Below are positions 43,935-52,288 of a DNA stretch of 64,000 nucleotides, piece by piece. The stretch spans positions 4,581 through 68,580 of the forward strand of contig JBEKLB010000018.1 of the NCBI GenBank assembly GCA_050010415.1, in the 5' to 3' direction. The DNA comes from Bryobacteraceae bacterium (GTDB lineage Bacteria; Acidobacteriota; Terriglobia; Bryobacterales; Bryobacteraceae). Made by a program: the position numbers and the translations under genes. Numbering within the stretch: position 1 is the stretch's first letter; every line of letters begins with the position of its first letter. Below the pieces are notes generated by a model. That model was not told the origin of the DNA. It saw only the letters and a list, made by a program, of their open reading frames with translations, and did not search any database.

Positions 43935-45752
43935 TCAGAAGGTAAAACGGCCACCGATTACCGGAGCATAGTTGCTGTTGTGGAGATAAGGGACGCCGGG
44001 GCCATGAGGAATGGCGATGGCCAGACCACCGGTCACGAAGGAATACGCAAGTCCGGCAAAACCGTCGAAACGCGGCGTGAAGTGGTGATCCAGATAGAGC
44101 GACCCAAAACCTAGGCTACCCGAGCAGGAACTGCGGAAACCGGCTGCGGTGGAGCAGGTGGAGGGAATCCGGAACGTGTTCTGCAGCTGCTCATACCAGG
44201 CGAAAGTGATCTCCGTCTTGGGGGCGACAGCGTATTTCACGCCGGTCCACCAGATCTGCACGATCTTGGGCGAGTCCAGATTGTTGTCTTCCACGCCGCT
44301 CAAGTAAACACTGCCCTGGTCCAAGGCGCCGACGCCCAACGGGTTCGACGGGTTGGTCTGCCGGATCCATTCGTAGCCGCCAAATAACCTGACCGGCCCC
44401 GCGATATATCTGGCAGCGAACATAATGGCGTTGTTGTCTGTCACGATGCCATATACAGTATCGTTCGTTGAAATCAGATTTGCCCCGGTGATCTGGTTGG
44501 TATTGATGCTGTCGGTGGTGGACTGATAGGACGCCGTCGGACTCTGAGGCCCCAGCAAGGGGTTCAACACGCTGATCGCCTGGTTGTAGTGTTGGAAGAC
44601 GGCGTCGGCGTAGAACCTCTTGCCGAGCTCTCCGCCGATGTCAAATCCATAGGCGTTGTTATGCGCCGATTCGGGCGTACAGGTGGCGGCGGTCCAGGTT
44701 GAGGAGGCCGAGTAACAGCCGCCGTTGCCATCGGCGAATTTGTACATCGCGCCGAAATGGGCCGGGCCAGTGGTGAGGCGATACTTTACGGCGTCGTCCC
44801 AACGGGAGTCCTCCGTGTCGCCGCCGCCGGCCATCGTGCCGTTATATCCGATGTACGAAAAGGCATAGCTGCCGCCTGCCGGATCGTATTGCAGCATCGC
44901 ATCGGTGCCGAGAGAGCGCTGACGTCCGAAGGTCACCGTGCCGAAAGTCTTGGATGCTATACCGCCATAATATTCGTCATTGAAGGGCTGGCCGGCGCGC
45001 GCGCCGTCGATGGGGTAAGAATAGCTGCTCCTGGGAAGGCCGTTGTTGATGGTCATGGTGGCTGACGCGTTAGCAAGCTGGCCGGAATTCGGATTGACCC
45101 CGGTGGAAGCGTTGAACACAACAGCCCAGCCCGGCGCAAACTCTTCCCTGCCCCGGATGCCGAAACCGGTCTGCTGCAGGTTGTTCGGTGCGACCAGGAA
45201 TCGATGTTGATAGCCGTTGCGGTTCACCAGGGAAGCGCCTTCATAGTTAGCGGCGTTCTCCGGTAAGCCGTGGCTGACCCAGCCAACGCCGATATCATAC
45301 GCACCGTAAACGGTAATGCCGTGCCAGGACAGCGCGCAATCGCTGGTGAGAAACTCGTGACCGCTCGCACACGCGTCTGAGGTGCTCGGCTGCATATGAA
45401 TGTCGGCCGTGGCGGCCTGGCCAGCCGCCAAGCTGATTCCCGTGCGCCTTTCATCGGCGAACCCTGCCTTTGCGGCGTGGATCTCAAAGCGCCCAGGAGG
45501 CAGGCCGGACGCCTGATAGCGCCCCGCGCCGTCGGTCGGGATGGTCCGCGTTTCGCCTGTGTCGAGGTTCCTGATCGTCACCGCGACCTCGGGAAGGGTT
45601 GCGCCGGCTTGGTTCGTCACCACGCCGGAAAGGCTGGCTCCGGTTTGGGCCCAGGCCGGGAACGCGGCCATCGTAACCCACAAAAGCGCAAGCCCCAAAA
45701 GCGCAAGCCACAGGCCGCTGCACAAACGCAGCCGTACTGTCTGAGAGATCAT
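43935..45752 (-). CDS. Outer-membrane beta-barrel (porin-like) with an N-terminal CarboxypepD_reg-like domain
   Basis: Signal peptide. GVVTNQAGATLPEVAVTIRNLDTGETRTIPTDGAGRYQASGLPPGRFEI is a CarboxypepD_reg-type fold. About 480 aa of alternating G/Y/N-rich strands follow, ending ...APVIGGRFTF (terminal Phe). Confidence 0.7.
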   Translation of the reverse strand: MISQTVRLRLCSGLWLALLGLALLWVTMAAFPAWAQTGASLSGVVTNQAGATLPEVAVTIRNLDTGETRTIPTDGAGRYQASGLPPGRFEIHAAKAGFADERRTGISLAAGQAATADIHMQPSTSDACASGHEFLTSDCALSWHGITVYGAYDIGVGWVSHGLPENAANYEGASLVNRNGYQHRFLVAPNNLQQTGFGIRGREEFAPGWAVVFNASTGVNPNSGQLANASATMTINNGLPRSSYSYPIDGARAGQPFNDEYYGGIASKTFGTVTFGRQRSLGTDAMLQYDPAGGSYAFSYIGYNGTMAGGGDTEDSRWDDAVKYRLTTGPAHFGAMYKFADGNGGCYSASSTWTAATCTPESAHNNAYGFDIGGELGKRFYADAVFQHYNQAISVLNPLLGPQSPTASYQSTTDSINTNQITGANLISTNDTVYGIVTDNNAIMFAARYIAGPVRLFGGYEWIRQTNPSNPLGVGALDQGSVYLSGVEDNNLDSPKIVQIWWTGVKYAVAPKTEITFAWYEQLQNTFRIPSTCSTAAGFRSSCSGSLGFGSLYLDHHFTPRFDGFAGLAYSFVTGGLAIAIPHGPGVPYLHNSNYAPVIGGRFTF

Positions 45753-45923
45753 AATTGTCCTTTATCGCGGATGACTGACTAGTATACAAGACATTGTATT
45801 TCAAGAGAGTCATTCCAACACTCCATTCGGGGCGAATGGGGCTAGCGCGGCGCTGAACAGCGCTTTAGGAAGCGCAAAGGGCGCGGCGCTGCGTTTTGTG
45901 CTTGTCTCTATTTACGCTCGTCT

Positions 45924-47288
45924 TTAGAAGCGCGCGGGTGGGGAGAAGCGCTTGGCCAGCGCTTCGATATCGCGGGAAGAGGGAACCTTGTGTTCGCGCA
46001 CGTACAATTCGTGGTTGCGCTCAACGTCGGGAAGCTTATAGACGTAATTGGCCGTCAAACCGGCCGAACGCTGCAGCCCGGCGAGAGACGTGTCGCCGAG
46101 CCAGTTGAGGCGTTCCAGCCGCGCTCCATTTTTCAAGTGGAAGCGAGCCACCGGGTCCAGCGGCTCATTGTTCTGTTTGGCGCTTTGTTTGGCGTGCAGA
46201 AGATAATAGGCCGCTAGCGGCGCCAGGCACCGCTGCAATTCGGCGCGGAGGGCTTCGTCCTCCATCCATTGCGGGCTATCGAGTTTCGCCACGGCGTTGG
46301 CGAACGGCGCGAGCTTGGGACTCATTTGGAGGGCCGGAGCTTTCTCGGAAAGCCATTTTCGAAAACCGGGAACCGGCGAGAGCGTTGCAAACTTCTTGAT
46401 GCGCGGGAACTCCTGGCTGACGTCCTCCACCACCTGCTTGATCAGAAAGCTGCCGAACGGAACGCCGCGCAGACCCTCCTGACAATTGGTGATCGAGTAG
46501 AAGATGGCCCACTCGGCCTCCGCTGCATCCAGGACGGGCGAGTCCGGATCGAGCAGCGCCTGCACCTTGTCGCTCAGGCCACGCGTGAGCGCCACTTCAA
46601 TGAAGATAATCGGCTCGTCCGGGAGAGCGGGATGGAAGAACGCATAACACCGCCGGTCTGTTTCGAGACGCCGTCGCAGGTCGTGCCAGCCGTGGATCTG
46701 GTGCACCGCCTCATACTGGATCAGCTTTTCCAGGATTTCGGCCGAGGTGCGCCAATCGATGCGGCGCAGCACCAGGAAGCCGCGGTTAAACCAGGAAGTG
46801 AAGAGATGCGCGAGATCGGCGGCGATGGGCTTCAGCCGGGCAGCCCGGTCAGACTCCTGCAACACCTGGCTCCGCATCACCACCAGGATCCGCGTGCCAT
46901 CCGGCGCCAGGTTCAGCCGGCGGAACAACTCCTGGCGCGGCGGCTCTACCACTCTTTGCAGGCGAGCCAGATTCTCGGCGGAAGGGTCCAGCCGGTACGC
47001 GTCACCGGCGCGTCCTACCTCCTCCGGGTCCGGAGAGAATTCCTGGACGAGCGATTCGAAAAACGAGCGGCGAGCGCGGTCATCCAGCGCCTGGTAGGAA
47101 TCCAGCGCTTCGGCGGCAAGCCGGCTACCGGAAACCTCACCGCGTTCAGAGAGCAGGCTGTGACACAGCGCAATGGTCTTCTTGGAGGTGCGTGTCGCAC
47201 CCCGCGGCATGGACGGAGGTTGCCGTGGCCCGAAGCCTAAGAGTTCTGCCAGTCTCAAATGCGGTCGCTCCACTTTATCCATCGGCAC
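45924..47288 (-). CDS. Malonyl-CoA decarboxylase
   Basis: FATLSPVPGFRKWL and ARFHLKNGARLERLNWLGDTSLAGLQRSAGLTANYVY match the MCD family. Confidence 0.88.
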   Translation of the reverse strand: MPMDKVERPHLRLAELLGFGPRQPPSMPRGATRTSKKTIALCHSLLSERGEVSGSRLAAEALDSYQALDDRARRSFFESLVQEFSPDPEEVGRAGDAYRLDPSAENLARLQRVVEPPRQELFRRLNLAPDGTRILVVMRSQVLQESDRAARLKPIAADLAHLFTSWFNRGFLVLRRIDWRTSAEILEKLIQYEAVHQIHGWHDLRRRLETDRRCYAFFHPALPDEPIIFIEVALTRGLSDKVQALLDPDSPVLDAAEAEWAIFYSITNCQEGLRGVPFGSFLIKQVVEDVSQEFPRIKKFATLSPVPGFRKWLSEKAPALQMSPKLAPFANAVAKLDSPQWMEDEALRAELQRCLAPLAAYYLLHAKQSAKQNNEPLDPVARFHLKNGARLERLNWLGDTSLAGLQRSAGLTANYVYKLPDVERNHELYVREHKVPSSRDIEALAKRFSPPARF

Positions 47289-47368
47289 AAATCCGTCGGC
47301 AGTTAAGGTCCGACTATAATTCTATCTTCGCAGGGCCGGCGCAAGGGTGGCTATCAGTCAAAGTGATA

Positions 47369-48124
47369 CTAAGGATTGGTGACTGGCAGGGCAGCCATAA
47401 TCAGCGGTGTTGTGGTGGGCTGATCGGCGCCCGCTTGGTTCTCCAGGGTGACGGCAACGGCCGCTGTCGAAGCCACGTCTACCGGTCCGGGCCGGACGTG
47501 CAGCGCGCTGCCATCGTCTTGTGACTGGAACAGGCCTGCGGGAACGGGCTTCGCGCCCTTGGGGATCAGCCACATTTCGTAGATCTTGTCGGCTGCCGTG
47601 CGCGGCATATTAGACGCGATGAGCAGCACGCCGCGCGATGGGTTCACGAAGACTTTGCCCGCGGGCGGCCTGGGCTGCGCGCCGCCAAAAGATACTTCGG
47701 TGGTGCGGGGGCCGGAGACAATGGCGAAGGCTTGCGTCAGGCGTGCGATCTGACCAGCCTGGGCGCCCATCTCGCCGCGCAGCCGAGCGGCCAGTTCCCG
47801 GTACCGGTTGCTGCTCGCCGCGAAGTACACAGCGATTACCAGCAAGGCCGCCATGGCCAGCGCCGCGGCCCACCAAGGCAGCCCGCTCGAACGGCGTTCT
47901 TCCGCGCCAACTGAAGCCAGTATGCGGCGGCGAAGCTTGGCGGAGGGTTGCGCCTGAGGCGCCGTAGCGCCCACCAGAGCAGCGGTTTCGAGCGCGCGCT
48001 TCACGCCCGCCATACAAACCTTGCACTCTCTCTGCAGGTGAGCGCGAACCTCGCTCCGCTCAGGTTCTTCGGCGATGTCCAAGGCGTAAAGCTCATAATG
48101 CTCGCGGAGTTCTTCGCAGTTCAT
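47369..48124 (-). CDS. Anti-sigma factor (zf-HC2 N-terminus, TM segment, RskA-like C-terminal domain)
   Basis: HLQRECKVCMAGV (HxxxCxxC). TM segment WWAAALAMAALLVIAVYF. C-terminal KIYEMWLIPKGAKPVPAGLF. ATGA overlap with the sigma gene stop. Confidence 0.85.
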   Translation of the reverse strand: MNCEELREHYELYALDIAEEPERSEVRAHLQRECKVCMAGVKRALETAALVGATAPQAQPSAKLRRRILASVGAEERRSSGLPWWAAALAMAALLVIAVYFAASSNRYRELAARLRGEMGAQAGQIARLTQAFAIVSGPRTTEVSFGGAQPRPPAGKVFVNPSRGVLLIASNMPRTAADKIYEMWLIPKGAKPVPAGLFQSQDDGSALHVRPGPVDVASTAAVAVTLENQAGADQPTTTPLIMAALPVTNP

Positions 48125-48702
48125 GACGCCACCACTCCGAGCTCGTCACGCAGGCTCTGCAATGCCGTGCGTACCCAGGTCTTGATAGTGCCGAGCGGCT
48201 GTCCCATTTGGACCGCCATCTCGGACTGCGACAATCCCTCGAAATACGCCAGTTCCATCACGGTTCGATAATTCGGCGCCAGCTTCTCCATCGCTACCTT
48301 CACGCGGCGGGCTTGATCTGAGATCAGGATGTCGGCTTCCATCCCGCTATACAGCGGCGCGTGATCCGTCTCGTCTAGTTCTACCGCTTTCCGTTCGCGC
48401 CCCGCCGACGAACGCAAATAATCGATGGCGCGATTCCGGGCGATAGCCAGCAACCACGGTCCTAAGGATCCTTTCTCGGAATCAATGGAGTGCACGCGGT
48501 TCCACACGCGCAAAAATGTCTCCTGAACCAGATCCTCCGCAATCGCGCCGTCTCGGACCACACGAAGAACCAGAGAATAAGCCATCCTGCCGTAACGATC
48601 GTACAGTTCGGCAAGAGCCTGCGGATCGCGGCGCTGCAAACGAAGCACCAGCGCCCGTTCCTCAGGACCGGCGATCACCGCCATGAGCAGTGGAAGCATC
48701 AA
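48121..48702 (-). CDS. ECF sigma factor
   Basis: Region 2 LAELYDRYGRMAYSLVLRVVRDGAIAEDLVQETFLRVW. Region 4 YRTVMELAYFEGLSQSEMAVQMGQPLGTIKTWVRTAL. Confidence 0.9.
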   Translation of the reverse strand: MMLPLLMAVIAGPEERALVLRLQRRDPQALAELYDRYGRMAYSLVLRVVRDGAIAEDLVQETFLRVWNRVHSIDSEKGSLGPWLLAIARNRAIDYLRSSAGRERKAVELDETDHAPLYSGMEADILISDQARRVKVAMEKLAPNYRTVMELAYFEGLSQSEMAVQMGQPLGTIKTWVRTALQSLRDELGVVAS

Positions 48703-48803
48703 GGCCGCTTCCCGATGGCGTCTCGGTATAAATGAATCGACATGCTACTCAAACCCGCGCACTTGATAATAGCCGATCAAGCAGGCCCAATCCGGCAAGA
48801 ATT

Positions 48804-48849
48804 GGGCGCGCCGGCCGGAGAACGGTAGTCCAAGCCAACCGGCGCGCCC
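48804..48849 (-). terminator. GC-rich hairpin downstream of the globin gene (11-bp perfect inverted repeat)
   Basis: GGGCGCGCCGG (48804-48814) and CCGGCGCGCCC (48839-48849) are separated by 24 nt. The hairpin is followed on the minus strand by AATTCTTG, a weak T-tract. Confidence 0.4.
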
Positions 48850-48882
48850 GAGGGAACAGCACCAAAGAGTCGGTCACTTTTT

Positions 48883-48918
48883 GTTTTTCTACGATGTTTT
48901 ATTTTTCTACGATGTCTT
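48883..48918. repeat. 18-bp tandem duplication straddling the globin stop codon
   Basis: gtttttctacgatgtttt / atttttctacgatgtctt, 16/18 identical. The TAA stop (48901-48899) lies at the junction of the two units. Confidence 0.9.
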
Positions 48919-49354
48919 TCTTCATGGGCCCGAGGACGCCGAGCAGAGCTTGCTTGTCGCCATCCTTGACCTTGAACTTGTCGAGCGATGCCACCAGGTC
49001 TTCCACCAACGCGTCAAAATCGGCGCTGCCGATACCCATGCCCGCGTGCGCCGTCTTCATATCTTTCCCTTTGTATTTGCAGGGACCGCCGGCCGCCTGA
49101 CAAATCTGGTCCACGAGGTTTTTCTTAAAGGTTGACAGCCGTTTGGGATCGGCGGCCGTGGCCTTGAAGAAGCTGTTGATTCGATTGTCTGCCGCGACGC
49201 GCCCTACAAAGTCGTCGACCACGGCGGTAATGGCTTTCTTGCCACCGAGGCTCTTATAAAGAGCTTCGTCGCTCGCAGTTTTCGCTCCCGACATCGGCGC
49301 CAGGGCAAGCCAGCCGGTCAGCAATGCTAGTAAAGTGTATTTCCGCATAATCAT
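48899..49354 (-). CDS. Group 1 truncated haemoglobin (trHbN-like) with an N-terminal signal peptide
   Basis: LYKSLGGKKAITAVVDDFVGRVAADNRINSFF...AAGGPCKYKGKDMKTAHAGMGI aligns by eye to trHbN (GGP motif, proximal His). The leader is MIMRKYTLLALLTGWLALAPMSGA. Confidence 0.85.
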   Translation of the reverse strand: MIMRKYTLLALLTGWLALAPMSGAKTASDEALYKSLGGKKAITAVVDDFVGRVAADNRINSFFKATAADPKRLSTFKKNLVDQICQAAGGPCKYKGKDMKTAHAGMGIGSADFDALVEDLVASLDKFKVKDGDKQALLGVLGPMKKDIVEK

Positions 49355-49492
49355 CCTCTTGGTCTGCGCTGTTCGTTTTGCGCGTCCAATGATTACTACG
49401 GAATCGGGGGGGGATCGGATTTCTTAGGTGAAATTGCCCCGCCCCGGATTTCGAGGCAGGGCCTTAGTAGGGAACGCTTTAGGCTCGGTGAA

Positions 49493-50509
49493 TCAAGGCT
49501 TCGGGACGCTATTGATGGTCTTCAGAATGCGGGAAACGATCTGGTAAGGATCGCCTTCCGAGTTCGGGCGGCGGTCTTCCAGGTAGCCCTTGTAGCCGTT
49601 CTTGATGAAGTTCACGGGCATGCGGACCGAGGCGCCACGATCCGAGAGACCATAGCTGAACTTGTCGATGGCTTGCGTTTCGTGATGGCCGGTCAATCGC
49701 AGATGATTGTCGGGGCCATACACGGCGATGTGCTCAGATACGTTAGCGGAGAACGCCTTCATGAGCGCCTCAAAGTAATCCTTGCCGCCTGTTTCGCGAA
49801 TGTACTTCGTCGAGAAATTGCAGTGCATGCCAGATCCGTTCCAGTCGCCCTTGATGGGCTTGCAGTGCAATTCCATGTCTACTTCGTATTTCTCGCAAAG
49901 ACGCAGCATCAAGTAGCGAGCGGTCCAGGTGTCATCGGCGGCTTTCGCGGAACCTTTGGCGAAGATCTGGAATTCCCACTGGCCTTTCGCGACTTCGGCG
50001 TTGATGCCTTCATGATTGATCCCGGCATGATGACAGAGGTCCAGGTGTTCTTCGACGATCTGCCGGGCGATGTTGCCCATGTACTTGTAGCCAACGCCGC
50101 AGTAGTAGGGGCCCTGGGGGACATTCGGGTGACCGTCCTTCGGAAACCCAAGCGGACGCCCATCTTTATACAAAAAATATTCCTGCTCAAAGCCAACCCA
50201 GAAGTCAGGATCGTTCTCGATGGTAGCCCGAGCATTGGTGGAATGCGGAGTGCCATCGGGGTGCAGCACTTCGCTCAAAACGATATAACCGTTCTTGCGA
50301 CCCCCGTCCGGGTACAGCGCCACGGGCTTCAGAATGCAATCGGAACTCTTGCCTTCGGCCTGCATGGTGGAGCTGCCATCAAACCCCCAGTTGGGCATAT
50401 CCGCCAGGGTGGGCGGCTGCTCAAATTGCTTGATGAGGGTCTTCCCGCGCAGGTTGGGAACCGGATGTTTTCCGTCAAGCCAGATGTATTCGAGTTTGTA
50501 TTTTGTCAT
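49493..50509 (-). CDS. glnII: Glutamine synthetase type II
   Basis: MTKYKLEYIWLDGKHPVPNLRGKT... is the characteristic GSII N-terminus. The size is 338 aa, with a GS catalytic region (GMHCNFS). Confidence 0.9.
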   Translation of the reverse strand: MTKYKLEYIWLDGKHPVPNLRGKTLIKQFEQPPTLADMPNWGFDGSSTMQAEGKSSDCILKPVALYPDGGRKNGYIVLSEVLHPDGTPHSTNARATIENDPDFWVGFEQEYFLYKDGRPLGFPKDGHPNVPQGPYYCGVGYKYMGNIARQIVEEHLDLCHHAGINHEGINAEVAKGQWEFQIFAKGSAKAADDTWTARYLMLRLCEKYEVDMELHCKPIKGDWNGSGMHCNFSTKYIRETGGKDYFEALMKAFSANVSEHIAVYGPDNHLRLTGHHETQAIDKFSYGLSDRGASVRMPVNFIKNGYKGYLEDRRPNSEGDPYQIVSRILKTINSVPKP

Positions 50510-50681
50510 AGTATTTGGACCGGTGGTTGGGATTATTGAAGCGCCCGGCTCGAGAGGAACCCACCCTGTCTTCGAATGTTAAGCCGATCCTCCATTTTCG
50601 ATGAGCGGACCCCGCTTCGCAATAGCCCTGCCCATCAATTGTCTTTATGGAGGGCCTTCAAGAAATCAATTGGTAGCTTAG

Positions 50682-50687
50682 TATAAT
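50682..50687 (+). promoter_or_regulatory. Candidate -10 box (TAGTATAAT context) upstream of the amidohydrolase gene
   Basis: TATAAT lies 23 nt before ATG 50711. The same TAGTATAAT nonamer precedes argC. Confidence 0.3.
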
Positions 50688-50710
50688 TCCTCCGTGACCT
50701 TTATGCGACC

Positions 50711-52288
50711 ATGACGCGACCTTTGGTACTGGCGGTTCTCCTCTCGGCTGGGCTGGCGACGGCTCAAAGCAGCACCACTGTGTTGTTCAACGGCAAGATC
50801 CTCACGGAAAATCCAAAGGCCACAACCGCGGAAGCGGTAGCGATCCAGGATGGAAGAATCATTGCCGCGGGCACCTCGGCCGATCTGCGCAAAATGGCCG
50901 GGCGAGAGGCGCGCTGGATCGATCTGCAGGGCCGCACCGTAATTCCGGGCTTGATCGATTCGCATATGCACGCCATCCGCGCGGCGCTTAGCTTCAGCAC
51001 CGAAGTGAACTGGATCGGCACGCGATCGCTCGCTGAAGCGCTGGACCGAATCCGCGAAGCGGCTCATAGCATGGCGCCGGGCGCATGGCTGATCGTCGCG
51101 GGGGGCTGGAACGCACGGCAGTTTTCGGAGAATCGCCGGCCAACGCAGGTGGAACTGGTGACCGCCGCGCCAGAGAATCCCGTTTATATCCAGTTGGGCT
51201 ACGGCTGGGTGATGATGACGCCGAAAGCACTGGACAAGCTGCATATCGCGACGGACGCGGACCTGCCACCTGGCGGCAAGCTGGAGCGCGACCCGGACGG
51301 CAAGCCAACGGGCGGAATCAGCGGGGCCCAGAACGCGATCATCACTTTATTTGACCGGCTCCCGACGCCCACACCCGATCAGGAAGTGGACGGGACCAAA
51401 AAGTTCTTTCGCGAGTTGAATCGCCTGGGCTTGACGGGTGTGGTGGATCCGGGCGGAAACAATATGACGCCGGAATCGTATCAGGCGCTATTCAAAGTTT
51501 GGCGGCAAGGCCAGCTCACGGTACGCGTGGCTTACAGTTTGAACGGCATCACGCCCGGCAAGGAATTCGAAGAGTTGCAAGACCTGACGCAAATGCTGCC
51601 CATGGGTTTTGGCGATGGGATGCTGCGCTTTAACGGCATCGGCGAACGGATCACCTGGGCGATGAATAACAACAATAACCCCAGCGAAGCCGAGCGCGAG
51701 AAATATTACCAGATCGTACGATGGGCGGCCGAGCGCGGCATGGCTGTCACCATGCACTGGCCGCGCAACGATTCAGTGGGAGTGCTGCTGGATATTTTCG
51801 AGCGCGTGAACAAGGACGTGCCGGTCGGCAACCTGCGATGGTCCATCGCGCATTTGAACGATGCGTCGGCGGAGAGTCTACGGCGCATGAAGGCGCTGGG
51901 CATAGGCTGGACCGCACAACCCGGGCAGCGCGTACCACCTGTAGAAACGGCTAAGGAACTCGGCGTGGTGGTGGGCGCGGGTACCGATGCTCATCGCGTG
52001 GCATCCTACAATCCGTTCACCGCGCTGGAGCGATTTATTGGCGGTCCCGGAGAAACACCCAGCCGCATGGAGGCGCTCCGGCTTTACACGCTGGGCAGCG
52101 CGTGGTTCTCGCACGATGAGAACGACCGCGGCTCGCTCGAGCCCGGCAAGCTGGCCGATCTGGCGGTGTTGTCGAAAGATTACCTCACCGTGCCCGTGGA
52201 TCAGATCGGCGGCATCGAATCCGTATTGACGATGGTGGGCGGAAAGATTGTCTACGCCGCCGGGCCCTATGCCCAGCTTGTACACTAA
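50711..52288 (+). CDS. Exported metal-dependent amidohydrolase (Amidohydro_3 / YtcJ-like)
   Basis: Signal peptide, then VAIQDGRIIAAG...VIPGLIDSHMHAIRA, and the C-terminal GSLEPGKLADLAVLS. Confidence 0.85.
   Translation: MTRPLVLAVLLSAGLATAQSSTTVLFNGKILTENPKATTAEAVAIQDGRIIAAGTSADLRKMAGREARWIDLQGRTVIPGLIDSHMHAIRAALSFSTEVNWIGTRSLAEALDRIREAAHSMAPGAWLIVAGGWNARQFSENRRPTQVELVTAAPENPVYIQLGYGWVMMTPKALDKLHIATDADLPPGGKLERDPDGKPTGGISGAQNAIITLFDRLPTPTPDQEVDGTKKFFRELNRLGLTGVVDPGGNNMTPESYQALFKVWRQGQLTVRVAYSLNGITPGKEFEELQDLTQMLPMGFGDGMLRFNGIGERITWAMNNNNNPSEAEREKYYQIVRWAAERGMAVTMHWPRNDSVGVLLDIFERVNKDVPVGNLRWSIAHLNDASAESLRRMKALGIGWTAQPGQRVPPVETAKELGVVVGAGTDAHRVASYNPFTALERFIGGPGETPSRMEALRLYTLGSAWFSHDENDRGSLEPGKLADLAVLSKDYLTVPVDQIGGIESVLTMVGGKIVYAAGPYAQLVH

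Noticed and set aside
46269-47240. 323-aa ORF antisense to the malonyl-CoA decarboxylase gene
   Set aside because: It is a shadow ORF with no motifs.
49673-50539. 288-aa ORF antisense to glnII
   Set aside because: It is a shadow ORF. glnII is unmistakable on the minus strand.
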